A stretch of DNA of 64,000 bases from a bacterium (GCA_037127795.1 JBAXXQ010000001.1:78607-142606), one strand, 5' to 3'; shown: positions 55,075 to 64,000, counted from the stretch's first letter. Numbers and translations: made by a program. Notes: generated by a model not told the origin, from the sequence alone.

Positions 55075-56433
55075 ATGACTCAAGCACAGGTATTGGATAT
55101 TTTGAAAACAGGTGCAAATGTATTTGTAACAGGAGAGCCTGGTGCTGGTAAAACACATACTATACATGCATATATTGAATATCTGCGAAAACACAAAATA
55201 GAGCCAGCGATCACCGCGAGTACTGGTATTGCCGCGACGCATATAGGTGGGATGACTATACATTCTTGGAGTGGTATAGGTATCAAGCAAGATATGAGTG
55301 CGTATGAGCTCGATGCGCTTGCGACCAAAGAGTATGTAGTAAAACGTATTATGAAAACAAAAGTGCTCATCATAGATGAGATATCTATGCTTACACCAAA
55401 AATGTTTTCTCTTGTTGATACAGTCTGTCGTATGGTCAAACAAAACCCGGAACCGTTTGGTGGTATACAAGTTGTTTGTGTGGGAGATTTTTTTCAACTT
55501 CCACCAATAAAAAAAGCTGCACCTGTATTACAGAGTATGGAGCTTTTTGCAGAAAAGCCTGCGACATTCGTATACGAAAGTGATACATGGGAAAAGCTTG
55601 GTATGCTTGTTTGTTATATCACCGAGCAACACCGCCAAAGCGATACTGATTTTCTCGATCTATTGTCTGCGATACGAAGCAATACTATAGAAGAAGGGCA
55701 CTACACGACACTACAAGATAGACTTATCACTCCTGCAGAAATTCCTGAAGAAACAACAAAACTTTTTTCACTCAATGCCGATGTTGATATGATAAATACT
55801 CGTGCACTTGCAGAGCTTCCAGGCGATATGCGCACATATACTATGAGCACCTATGGTAATGATCTGATAGCAGCAAGTTTACAAAAAAGTTGTTTATCTC
55901 CCGAAGTGCTGCAATTAAAAAAAGATGCCGTAGTTTTGTTTACAAAAAATAATCCTGCAAAAGGGTTTGCAAATGGGACACAAGGAGTGGTGATAGATTT
56001 CAATCCGCTTGGGTACCCTATAGTAGAAACAAAATCTGGAAAAATAATTCATCTCGAACCGATGGATTGGAGTATTGAAGATCAAGGAAAAATAAAAGCA
56101 ACAATCTCTCAAATACCATTGCGTCTCGCATGGGCTATCACGGTACACAAAAGTCAGGGTATGTCGCTCGATAGGGCAGTCATGGATCTTTCGAGTGTGT
56201 TTGAATACGGGCAAGGGTATGTTGCACTTTCTCGAGTACGCTCACTCAAAGGACTTTTTATCTTAGGAATAAATAATCGAGCACTAGAAGTTCACCCGCA
56301 GATATTGCATATTGATCAAGTGTTTAGAAAACAAAGCGATGCTATAGCAGACGCATTTGCAAAAATGAAAAAAACAGAGCTTACCAAAATGCACAAAAAT
56401 TTTGTTGTTGCAGTCCAAGGTGAGTGGAAATAA
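55075..56433 (+). CDS. PIF1/RecD-family (SF1B) 5'-3' DNA helicase
   Basis: Walker A VTGEPGAGKTH, DEISML, GDFFQLPPI, C-terminal HKSQGMSLD; leaderless behind TGcTATACT (55058-55066). Confidence 0.75.
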   Translation: MTQAQVLDILKTGANVFVTGEPGAGKTHTIHAYIEYLRKHKIEPAITASTGIAATHIGGMTIHSWSGIGIKQDMSAYELDALATKEYVVKRIMKTKVLIIDEISMLTPKMFSLVDTVCRMVKQNPEPFGGIQVVCVGDFFQLPPIKKAAPVLQSMELFAEKPATFVYESDTWEKLGMLVCYITEQHRQSDTDFLDLLSAIRSNTIEEGHYTTLQDRLITPAEIPEETTKLFSLNADVDMINTRALAELPGDMRTYTMSTYGNDLIAASLQKSCLSPEVLQLKKDAVVLFTKNNPAKGFANGTQGVVIDFNPLGYPIVETKSGKIIHLEPMDWSIEDQGKIKATISQIPLRLAWAITVHKSQGMSLDRAVMDLSSVFEYGQGYVALSRVRSLKGLFILGINNRALEVHPQILHIDQVFRKQSDAIADAFAKMKKTELTKMHKNFVVAVQGEWK

Positions 56434-56459
56434 AACTTTTTTGCTATACTATTTTTACT

Positions 56460-56843
56460 ATGGAAAAAGATTTTGATTCTTGGAATAGTATCAAGCAAGA
56501 TATAGAAAAAAATAAAAAATCTTTATATGCAAACCAGCGAGAAGTTTGGTGGTGTTCTATTGGTATTAATGTCGGCTCTGAGTCTTGTGGAAAAAATGAA
56601 TTATTTGAACGACCAGTATTAATACTAAAAGTTATTCAAAAAGAGCTTTTACTTGTGGTACCACTTTCAACAAAAGACAAAGATAGTAAGTATCATATAG
56701 ATATATCTTTTTCTGATACAAAATCTTTTGCTCAACTTGAACATATAAAAACAATAAGTTCAAAAAGACTTTCTAGGAAAGTAGGGAGAATACCAAAACC
56801 TATGTTTGAAAAGGTTTGGTTGTTATATAAAGAGTTGCTATAA
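56460..56843 (+). CDS. MazF/PemK-family mRNA interferase-like toxin (no adjacent antitoxin ORF)
   Basis: REVWWCSIGINVGSE..FERPVLILK...LLVVPLSTK parallels EndoA/MazF GDVYFADLSPVVGSE..VRPVLVIQ..AIVAAITA; TGcTATACT -10 9 nt upstream. Confidence 0.55.
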   Translation: MEKDFDSWNSIKQDIEKNKKSLYANQREVWWCSIGINVGSESCGKNELFERPVLILKVIQKELLLVVPLSTKDKDSKYHIDISFSDTKSFAQLEHIKTISSKRLSRKVGRIPKPMFEKVWLLYKELL

Positions 56844-56847
56844 AATC

Positions 56848-56875
56848 GAAAATCCCCCGAATGGGGGATTTTCTC
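56848..56875 (+). terminator. rho-independent terminator
   Basis: aaaatcccccgaatgggggattttctc. Confidence 0.7.
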
Positions 56876-56992
56876 GGAGCCCGAAGGCCATGTAATACAA
56901 GTATATATGTATTACTATATAAGTCAAATATGGATAATATATAAAACTATTGACATTTCATACTCATATATGATAATGTTTATTTAAATAAA

Positions 56993-57538
56993 TTGGCTAA
57001 AAGCCGTCAAATTAAAAATTATATAGAAATGGAGGAATCTTTATTTTTACAAGATATGGGTACAGTATCACTTGGTGCCTGTAGGACATTTATCACAAAG
57101 GATTTTTTTACAGAATGTAATGAAGACTATATAGAGAGATTTATATTTTGTCGTGCATTTAAGAAAAAAATAATACCTGTTGCGTCTACTACGATAAAAG
57201 CTAAAGCTATACTTCTAAAAAGGAGGAAGCTTATCGGTCCTGCGTATGATAGTATTATTTTAGCTAAGTTTAGTGATCCACCAGTTTTAAGTGTAGATAG
57301 TTTTTTAGCATACCTTAAAAAACTTATTAGTAATCAACCTAAAATTAAAGAAGGAAATCTTCTTACTAATGGTTACCCTAATATATTTTTTGTACAATTA
57401 GATGGTCGGATTGTTATTGTTGATGCAGTATGGAGTACTAGTCTACTTATATGGTCTCTTCGCTGTTTTGAAATTGATGAATTTTCTGAGAATTTAAAAG
57501 GTGCTTTTGTTTTCTTTCCTATTACTACTAAAACTTAA
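56993..57538 (+). CDS. hypothetical protein
   Basis: 181-aa ORF; TTGACA-N17-TATGAT-like promoter ~56950; start uncertain. Confidence 0.3.
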   Translation: MAKSRQIKNYIEMEESLFLQDMGTVSLGACRTFITKDFFTECNEDYIERFIFCRAFKKKIIPVASTTIKAKAILLKRRKLIGPAYDSIILAKFSDPPVLSVDSFLAYLKKLISNQPKIKEGNLLTNGYPNIFFVQLDGRIVIVDAVWSTSLLIWSLRCFEIDEFSENLKGAFVFFPITTKT

Positions 57539-57548
57539 CCTTTTTTCT

Positions 57549-57577
57549 TAAATGGTAAAAGGCTCACACTTGTGAGC
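57549..57577 (+). terminator. rho-independent terminator
   Basis: aaaggctcacacttgtgagccttttttgtt. Confidence 0.7.
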
Positions 57578-57598
57578 CTTTTTTGTTATACTATGCGC

Positions 57599-58978
57599 AT
57601 GAAAGAAGTGCATACAGAAGGAACGTTAGAAAAAATTGTTACAGAATCAGCGGAAGTGTTTGATGAGGGGGTGCAAGAAGTGTCTCACTTGGAGCATGAA
57701 TTTATTAGTAAAAAACCTTTTCGTTTTGCAAAAGAGTATTGGGATATATTAGGGCCAGGGCTCACTACAGGGGCCGCAGATGATGATGCTTCTGGTATTG
57801 TGACGTATTCTCAAACAGGTGCCCAATACGGTACACGATTTTTGTGGCTTTCTTGGTTTTCATTCCCGCTTATGGCTTTTGTACAAGAGATGTGTGCACG
57901 TCTCGGTATTGTAAAAGGGAAGGGGCTTGCTGGTGTAATGCGTGAACACCTATCAGTGCGTGTTTTGTATTTTGTGACCGCATTACTATTTCTTGCCAAT
58001 ACATTTAACATAGGCGCAGATCTTGGTGCTATGGCAGAAAGTACTCAGCTCATCCTGCCTCATATTCCTTTTGCAGTTTTGGTATTTGGTTTTGGTTTAC
58101 TCATAGTACTACTTCAGTTGTATACGACATATGCGCGATATGCAAAATATCTCAAATATACAGGACTTGTATTGTTTGCATATATTATTTCTGCATTTTT
58201 GGTACACCTCCCGTGGCGTAGTGTGTTGATACATACCGCAGTACCACATATGGCATTCAATAAAGATGAAGTACTTTTGGTTTGTGGAATTTTGGGAACA
58301 ACAATTTCTCCATATCTGTTCTTCTGGCAAACATCTCAAGAAGTAGAAGAAAAACATTTGGAAAAAGTACAAAATCATACAGGACACACGCTTTCATTAA
58401 AGAAACAAATTTCTCGTATGCGTATAGATGTATGGAGTGGGATGTTTTTCTCAAACGCAGTAATGTTCTTCATTATTGCTGCTTGTGCCGGAGCATTGTT
58501 CACTCATGGTATCAATGATATTACGACAGCACGAGAAGCTGCAGAAGCGCTTCGCCCATTCGCAGGAAATTTTGCTTCAACTATTTTTGCAGTGGGAATT
58601 ATTGGTATAGGATTTCTTGCAATACCTGTACTTGCTGGGTCTAGCGCATATGCATTGTCTGAGAGTATGGGCTGGCGCGAAGGATTGTATAAAAAGGTAA
58701 AACAGGCTCGTGCGTTTTATGGAGTAATTCTCATGTCTGTGATTATCGGTATCGCATTGAACTTCACTCATATTAGCTCAATGAAGTTGTTGTTATACTC
58801 TGCAATCGCAAATGGTATCGTTGCGCCAGTTATTATTTTCTTTATTGTAAAATTGAGTGCGCAAAAAAGTATTATGGGGGAGCATACTAATTCAAAAACA
58901 CTTACATTCATAGGGTACGCTTTGGTAGTCGCTATGGCGACATGTGCGCTTGCTACTATCTATTTCCTCTTTGTATAA
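57599..58978 (+). CDS. mntH: NRAMP-family divalent metal (Mn2+/Fe2+) transporter
   Basis: GPGLTTGAADDDASGIVTYSQTGAQYG consensus Nramp motif; ~11 TM helices; -10 TGtTATACT at 57584-57592 implies leaderless ATG 57599. Confidence 0.85.
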   Translation: MKEVHTEGTLEKIVTESAEVFDEGVQEVSHLEHEFISKKPFRFAKEYWDILGPGLTTGAADDDASGIVTYSQTGAQYGTRFLWLSWFSFPLMAFVQEMCARLGIVKGKGLAGVMREHLSVRVLYFVTALLFLANTFNIGADLGAMAESTQLILPHIPFAVLVFGFGLLIVLLQLYTTYARYAKYLKYTGLVLFAYIISAFLVHLPWRSVLIHTAVPHMAFNKDEVLLVCGILGTTISPYLFFWQTSQEVEEKHLEKVQNHTGHTLSLKKQISRMRIDVWSGMFFSNAVMFFIIAACAGALFTHGINDITTAREAAEALRPFAGNFASTIFAVGIIGIGFLAIPVLAGSSAYALSESMGWREGLYKKVKQARAFYGVILMSVIIGIALNFTHISSMKLLLYSAIANGIVAPVIIFFIVKLSAQKSIMGEHTNSKTLTFIGYALVVAMATCALATIYFLFV

Positions 58979-59007
58979 AAGCCTTTTTTGTGATACCTTG
59001 GTACTAT

Positions 59008-59691
59008 ATGCATCCGCTTACACAGATAACGAATGAAATTGTTGAGATCTTTGCAGATCTTGGTTTCCAAGTAGTGCTTGGTCCCGAGCTTGAGAGTGAA
59101 GAATACAATTTTGATCGTCTCAACTTTCCAAAAGATCACCCAGCTCGTGATATGCAAGACACATTCTTTATCAAAGATCGTCCTGGGTACGTACTTCGTA
59201 CTCATACCTCAAATGTGCAAACTCGTTTTATGGAAGCACTTGTACAAAGTGGTGGTAAGCCGCCATTTGCAATTATTGCACCAGGAAAAGTATTTCGTAA
59301 TGAAGCAACAGACGCAACACACGAAATGCAATTTCACCAAGTAGAAGGATTGATGATTGGAGAGCAGGTAAATATGTCTCATCTCAAAGGGGTACTTCTT
59401 GATTTCTTCAAAAAGTTTCTCGGTCCTGATTCAGAGATTCGCCTTCGTCCAAGTTTCTTTCCATTCGTGGAGCCTGGAGTAGAAGTTGATGTAAGGGTGG
59501 GGGATAGATGGATCGAAGTCCTCGGTGCCGGTATGGTGCATCCGCACGTACTCGAAGCTGCAGGAATAGATTCAAAAAAATACCAAGGATTTGCATTTGG
59601 TATGGGTGCAGATAGATTTTTGGTAATGAAATATGGTGTGACAGATATCAGATTGTCATATCAAGGCGATCTCAGATTTAATCAATTTTAA
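59008..59691 (+). CDS. pheS: phenylalanine--tRNA ligase alpha subunit, short form (catalytic core only)
   Basis: Class II motifs: FPKDHPARDMQDTFF (motif 1), FRNEATDATHEMQFHQVEGL (motif 2), GFAFGMGADR (motif 3); 227 aa. Confidence 0.85.
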   Translation: MHPLTQITNEIVEIFADLGFQVVLGPELESEEYNFDRLNFPKDHPARDMQDTFFIKDRPGYVLRTHTSNVQTRFMEALVQSGGKPPFAIIAPGKVFRNEATDATHEMQFHQVEGLMIGEQVNMSHLKGVLLDFFKKFLGPDSEIRLRPSFFPFVEPGVEVDVRVGDRWIEVLGAGMVHPHVLEAAGIDSKKYQGFAFGMGADRFLVMKYGVTDIRLSYQGDLRFNQF

Positions 59692-59694
59692 TAT

Positions 59695-61599
59695 ATGAAA
59701 ATTTCTTACAACTGGCTACAATCATATATACAAGAACCACTTCCAAGCTTTGCGCAGCTTGAGGAAAAAATTATTTTTCACATGTTTGAAGTGGAAGAGG
59801 TAGAGCATGTTGGTGCTGATATAGTATTTGATATAAAAACACTTCCTGATAGAAATCATGATTGTTTGTCGCACCAAGGTGTTGCAAAAGAAATTGCTGG
59901 TTTGCTCGGATGTACCTTTAAAGATCCAACTGAGTTTTATAAAATCCCAGAATCGAGCCCTACAAAGCTTGTTATAGATATGCATCCAGATACTGCACGA
60001 AGATATATGTCTCGTATTGTGCGTACTGTTACTGTTGCGCCAAGTCCTACATGGGTACAAGATCATTTAAAATCTATCGGACAGCGATCAATAAATAATA
60101 TTGTTGATGCAACAAATATTGTGATGTATGATTGCGGGCAACCATGCCATGCATTTGATCTCGATAAGATCGTTGGCAATATTACTATCCGTCATGCGGT
60201 AGCAGGGGAGGCTATGACTACACTTGATAATAAAGATGTGGTACTTACAGAGTCTGATATTGTGGTTGCTGATGATGAGGGAGTCCTTGCGCTTGCTGGG
60301 GTAAAGGGTGGCAAAAAAGCAGAAGTTGATACTAATACAAAAAACATTGTTGTAGAGGTTGCAAATTTTTATCCAAACTTTGTACGCAAGACTCGTAGTC
60401 GTGTAGGGATTTTTACTGATTCTGCAAAACGTTTTGAAAATGATCTTTCTCCTGAATTGTGTGCATTTGCTATGCGAGAATTATCAGGACTTTTTGTAGA
60501 ATATGGTTTTACAGATTTTGAAGATATCGTAGATATATATCCACACAAGCAAGAAAAAAGAGAGGTAGTATTTTCTACAGGTTTTATAAATAAAAAACTT
60601 GGTACAAATATATCTGATGATGAAGTAGAAACTATTTTGAAAAATTATGGGTATGTATATGAAAAAGTTTCTCCAAAATCTCTCTTAGAAAAGTCCTCGG
60701 ATCTCCTCGCTTTGCTCGGCCAGACATTTTCTAATAGTGATTTTGTATATATTCTCACCGTGCCTGAATTGCGTTTTGATATTGCAATACCTGAAGACAT
60801 GGTAGATGAGATTGGGCGTGTGTATGGCTATGACAAAGTGGTCCCCGTAGTACCACAGCTTGATTTTGTTCCGCAAAAAAACCCTGTGTATGAAAGTATG
60901 AAAAATGCTCGTGATATATTACTTGCTCGTGAGTATAAAGAAGTCATGACGTATGGTTTTGCTGATAAAGGGGAGGTGCGAGTACTCAATAGTGCAAGTA
61001 ATAAAACCGCTCTTCGAGCAAATCTTACTGATGGGGTAAAACGAGCATACGAACTCAATAAGGGAAATGTTGCATTACTCGGTCTCAATGAAATTAAAAT
61101 TTTTGAAATAGGAACAGTCTTTACTAAAGAAAAAGAAGAGATTCATATTTGTTTTAATCTTAAAAAAGAAATTAAAGAAATGAGTCTTGAAGAATTTAAT
61201 ACAATGTTTTCTTCAGAAGAAAGTATTCTTCAGGTCTTCGGATCTCCTCGCTTTGCTCGGCCAGACCATTCAGAATATCTTTCTTCTTTTGAAAAGATAG
61301 AAGGTGTTAAAAAATTCAAAATGTGGAGTGTGTATCCATTTATAGTTCGTGATATTGCATTTTGGGCTGATGAAAAATCATACGAAGCATTTATTGCGGT
61401 GGGGGATAGTTTTGCGTCAAAGTATTGCGTGGTTCCTATGAAGATGTTCGATAGTTTTTCAAAAGAAGACAAGACTTCTTATGCATTTCGCTTTATTTTT
61501 CAATCATTTGAAAAAACCCTTACCGACGCAGAAGTAGAGGTGTGGTGGCAAGAACTACTCGCTGATATCGCTCATATATCAGGTATTACAGTACGATAA
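59695..61599 (+). CDS. pheT: phenylalanine--tRNA ligase beta subunit lacking the N-terminal tRNA-binding (EMAP) domain
   Basis: MKISYNWLQSYI start, B3/4 and B5 (VPELRFDIAIPEDMVDEIGRVYGYDKV) and C-terminal FDX-ACB regions; 634 aa vs ~800 typical. Confidence 0.85.
   Translation: MKISYNWLQSYIQEPLPSFAQLEEKIIFHMFEVEEVEHVGADIVFDIKTLPDRNHDCLSHQGVAKEIAGLLGCTFKDPTEFYKIPESSPTKLVIDMHPDTARRYMSRIVRTVTVAPSPTWVQDHLKSIGQRSINNIVDATNIVMYDCGQPCHAFDLDKIVGNITIRHAVAGEAMTTLDNKDVVLTESDIVVADDEGVLALAGVKGGKKAEVDTNTKNIVVEVANFYPNFVRKTRSRVGIFTDSAKRFENDLSPELCAFAMRELSGLFVEYGFTDFEDIVDIYPHKQEKREVVFSTGFINKKLGTNISDDEVETILKNYGYVYEKVSPKSLLEKSSDLLALLGQTFSNSDFVYILTVPELRFDIAIPEDMVDEIGRVYGYDKVVPVVPQLDFVPQKNPVYESMKNARDILLAREYKEVMTYGFADKGEVRVLNSASNKTALRANLTDGVKRAYELNKGNVALLGLNEIKIFEIGTVFTKEKEEIHICFNLKKEIKEMSLEEFNTMFSSEESILQVFGSPRFARPDHSEYLSSFEKIEGVKKFKMWSVYPFIVRDIAFWADEKSYEAFIAVGDSFASKYCVVPMKMFDSFSKEDKTSYAFRFIFQSFEKTLTDAEVEVWWQELLADIAHISGITVR
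60693..60725 (+). repeat. 29-nt exact (33-nt, 1 mismatch) GC-rich repeat copy 1 inside pheT
   Basis: gtcCtcggatctcctcgctttgctcggccagac encodes SSDLLALLGQ (frame 0). Confidence 0.9.
61234..61266 (+). repeat. 29-nt exact GC-rich repeat copy 2 inside pheT (different reading frame)
   Basis: gtcTtcggatctcctcgctttgctcggccagac encodes FGSPRFARPD (frame +1). Confidence 0.9.
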
Positions 61600-61640
61600 T
61601 TTTTTCAGCTCCCTCTATAAATATGCTATAGTATAGGGAT

Positions 61641-62174
61641 ATGAAGTATATAGGAATTATTGTCATTGTTTGTATTATAGGTGGGTTGGTATTTGCATGG
61701 ATAAAGACTGCGCCGCAAGAGCCGGCAGAGCAGACAGCTACAGTCTCACAAGTTGTAGATACTACTCCTGAAAAAACCGATACTACTACTGACACACAAA
61801 AAACTGATAGTTCAAAAAATATTACAAATAAAAAAATAATAAAAACAAAAGACGGTATGACAATAGAAATTTTGAAAGAAGGAACAGGGGAGGCTATTAC
61901 AAACGGAAAAACAGCTAATATGCTTTATACAGGTACTCTTGCAGATGGTACAGTTTTTGATAGTACTGATAAACACGGGGGTAAACCGTATCCATTTATT
62001 CTTGGTGTTGGCCATGTTATTAAGGGGTGGGATGAAGGTGTACTTGGTATGAAAGTAGGAGAACAAAGAAAGCTTACTATTCCTTATCAGCTCGCATATG
62101 GTGAAAATGATTATGGTCCTATTCCTGGAAAATCAACACTTATATTCACTGTAGAGCTTGTATCATTTGAGTAA
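61641..62174 (+). CDS. membrane-anchored FKBP-type peptidyl-prolyl cis-trans isomerase
   Basis: N-terminal TM helix, Thr/Lys-rich linker, FKBP domain LYTGTLADGTVFDST...HVIKGWDEGVLGMKVGE. Confidence 0.8.
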   Translation: MKYIGIIVIVCIIGGLVFAWIKTAPQEPAEQTATVSQVVDTTPEKTDTTTDTQKTDSSKNITNKKIIKTKDGMTIEILKEGTGEAITNGKTANMLYTGTLADGTVFDSTDKHGGKPYPFILGVGHVIKGWDEGVLGMKVGEQRKLTIPYQLAYGENDYGPIPGKSTLIFTVELVSFE

Positions 62175-62179
62175 ATTAT

Positions 62180-63724
62180 ATGAAAGAAAAACTTATCGCT
62201 ACAATACAATCTATAAAAGACTTTTGGAAAAATCTTTCTAAAACAAAAAAATGGACCTTGGGTATCATTATTCTTATTGTTGCTGTTATTATTATCAAAA
62301 ATGACCCATCAGATGTCGGTGTTACTATCGAAGCGGTATCTCGCCGAGATTTGCAGCAGACAGTGCGTGCAAGTGCGACAGTGGTGAGTGCGACAGATGT
62401 GTCTTTGGGGTTTGATAGCGCAGGTACTATACAGTCTATGTATGTTGTGGTAGGTGATAAGGTAAAAAAGGGTGATATCCTTGCTCGTCTTGATGCTGCA
62501 AATGCAAAAGCTGCAGTAACTAGTGCAAAAGGTTCTCTTCTTCTTGCGCAAGCAAAATACAAAAAAGTTCTCGATGGTTCTAGTAATGAAGAGATAGCTG
62601 TTGCAAAAGCAGATTTGCAGAGTGCACAAAACGATCTCGTGCAAACAACAAAAACACAAGAAGGGCTTGTTGCAAATGCACGTAAGGCTTTGTTTTCTGA
62701 TGGACTCACCGCAGAGCTCGTAGGGGATATAGCGGGAAGTAATAATCCTATTGTGTCTGGTACTTATACTGGTGATGAAGGGCAATATACGATAAATGCA
62801 CAAAGCACTGATTATGTATCTGTAAGTGGTATTGAAACAGGTATAACAAAAATAAGTACTACTTCTCCACAACCACTCGGTACAAAAGGGCTTATGATTG
62901 TATTTCCTGGTATGCAAGGTGTTGCTGGAAGTAGTTGGAAAATAAAAATTCCTAATACAGCAAATACAAAATATACTGCAGACAATAATGCATATATTGC
63001 AGCGATGAATACTAAAGATCAGGCAATATCAAATGCGCAATCTCTCGTTGCACAAAAACAAGCCTCTCTTGCACTCAAGCAGGCAACAGCTCGTCAGGCG
63101 GATGTAGACAGTGCACTTGCAGAGGTGCTCACCGCACAAGCAGGGCTTGAGTCTGCGCAAGCAAATCTTGAGCACACTATTCTCCGCGCCCCAGCAGATG
63201 GTACTATTACTAGTGTTGAGCAAAAGCTTGGTGAAGCAGTACAGCAACAAAAAGAAGTTGTTGTTTTGCAGGATATAAAAAATCTCTATCTTGAAGCAAA
63301 AATAAGTGAAAGTAATATCGGTAGTATTGCAGTAGGACAGGCTGTTACTATAAATTATGATGCATTGCCAGGACAAAATTTCTCAGCTACTGTTTCTTCT
63401 ATAGATCCTGCCGCAATATCTTCAACAGACGGGACTATTAGTTATAAGGTAAAAATTCTTCTTGCTGATACTACAAATATCAAGCCAGGTATGAGTGCAA
63501 ATATTTCTATTCTTACTAAACAAGTACAAAACGGACTTTCAATACCAAAAAACTTTATTCAGAAAAAAGGAAATGAATCTGGGGTAATGCTTGTGACTGA
63601 TACAAAAGGAGAAAAAACTGTGTATAGAAAAGTAGAGACTGGTATAGATGCTGATGGAGGTTTTGTAGAAATACTCAATGGTCTTTCTGAGGGTGATAAG
63701 GTGTACTGGAAAGCGGCTAATTAA
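62180..63724 (+). CDS. HlyD/MacA-like membrane fusion (periplasmic adaptor) protein
   Basis: N-terminal TM anchor, biotin-lipoyl-like halves flanking long coiled-coil, beta-barrel C-domain. Confidence 0.7.
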   Translation: MKEKLIATIQSIKDFWKNLSKTKKWTLGIIILIVAVIIIKNDPSDVGVTIEAVSRRDLQQTVRASATVVSATDVSLGFDSAGTIQSMYVVVGDKVKKGDILARLDAANAKAAVTSAKGSLLLAQAKYKKVLDGSSNEEIAVAKADLQSAQNDLVQTTKTQEGLVANARKALFSDGLTAELVGDIAGSNNPIVSGTYTGDEGQYTINAQSTDYVSVSGIETGITKISTTSPQPLGTKGLMIVFPGMQGVAGSSWKIKIPNTANTKYTADNNAYIAAMNTKDQAISNAQSLVAQKQASLALKQATARQADVDSALAEVLTAQAGLESAQANLEHTILRAPADGTITSVEQKLGEAVQQQKEVVVLQDIKNLYLEAKISESNIGSIAVGQAVTINYDALPGQNFSATVSSIDPAAISSTDGTISYKVKILLADTTNIKPGMSANISILTKQVQNGLSIPKNFIQKKGNESGVMLVTDTKGEKTVYRKVETGIDADGGFVEILNGLSEGDKVYWKAAN

Positions 63725-63738
63725 TATATTTATAATAC

Positions 63739-64000
63739 ATGCCTAAAAAAACATCATGGTTTCATAGATTCGAAACAGACCTTGCCGTAGGAGGATTTCT
63801 TGCAAAGCGTGATTTGAAGCGTGCTAGTAAATGGACTACATTTCTCATTAGTTTTGTAATGCTTTTTACATTTCTCAATCTTGTTGTAGTGAGTGGTATT
63901 TTGGTAGGGCTTATCCAAGGGTCATTTGATCAAAATAGAAAGTTTGATACTGGAGATGTGATCATTAGTCCGTTTCAAAATACTGATGTGGTCAACCAAA
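63739..64000 (+). CDS. ABC transporter permease (MacB/FtsX-like), N-terminal fragment (3' end outside window)
   Basis: MPKKTSWFHRFETDLAVGGFLAKRDLKRASKWTTFLISFVMLF typical MacB/LolE N-terminus + first TM; follows MFP gene. Confidence 0.55.
   Translation, partial: MPKKTSWFHRFETDLAVGGFLAKRDLKRASKWTTFLISFVMLFTFLNLVVVSGILVGLIQGSFDQNRKFDTGDVIISPFQNTDVVNQ

Overview
This 64-kb window is AT-rich (roughly 60-65% A+T by eye) and gene-dense. It carries a streamlined housekeeping set, 7 tRNAs, and many leaderless genes driven by a recurring extended -10 motif (TGnTATACT) placed 6-9 nt before the start codon. The reduced enzyme forms and this promoter architecture suggest a small-genome, CPR/Patescibacteria-like bacterium, but that is an inference from gene content only.

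Core genes found (all from motifs read directly in the ORF translations):
- Replication and repair: dnaN C-terminus, DciA/DUF721-like, polA, ruvB-ruvC with ruvA located separately, ruvX, tsaE, and a PIF1-like helicase.
- Translation: tyrS, rpsT, rplS, an RluA-type pseudouridine synthase, a SpoU methyltransferase, a stand-alone Trbp111-like tRNA-binding protein, and a short pheS with a pheT that lacks the N-terminal tRNA-binding domain.
- Envelope and pili: PBP1A, an S11 DD-carboxypeptidase, an MltB-like lytic transglycosylase, pilB, pilM-pilN-pilO, DsbB/thioredoxin, VKOR and several secreted or surface proteins.
- Lower glycolysis and related: D-2-hydroxyacid dehydrogenase, enolase, a minimal pyruvate-kinase-like barrel, pyrD and gpm.
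- Metal homeostasis and transport: Fur/Zur with divergent ZIP and a palindromic box, NRAMP, an ABC exporter, and HlyD plus MacB-like components.

Most notable observations:
1. A tRNA-His-adjacent accessory block (about 44.9-53.0 kb) encodes a tRNA-dependent cyclodipeptide synthase (CDPS; G-x-S-x-N-N-S-Y-F and E-L-A-F/Y-x-Y-H signatures) together with a kinase-like protein, a histidine phosphatase, an HAD/NT5C-like phosphatase and a wHTH regulator. This is a candidate undescribed cyclodipeptide pathway.
2. A 1.6-kb two-gene cassette (radical SAM enzyme plus TrmB-like regulator) is bracketed by 57/60-identical 60-bp direct repeats that duplicate the 3' end of a methyltransferase gene.
3. A tRNA-Arg(GCG) lies next to tandem and inverted copies of its own 3' end, consistent with att-site scars.
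4. A beta-helical secreted protein carries a C-terminal Peptidase_S74 intramolecular-chaperone domain of the phage tail-fibre type.
5. An exact 29-nt GC-rich repeat is inserted twice within pheT, in two different reading frames.
6. A 75% GC terminator-flanked element lies next to tRNA-Ser, and a 173-nt structured spacer lies between tRNA-Arg and tRNA-Val; both are candidate ncRNAs.
7. A PIF1-like helicase is followed by an orphan MazF/PemK-like toxin with no antitoxin-sized ORF nearby.
8. A bacterial SET-domain protein overlaps the end of a nitroreductase gene.

No rRNA, CRISPR array, transposase or integrase was recognised.
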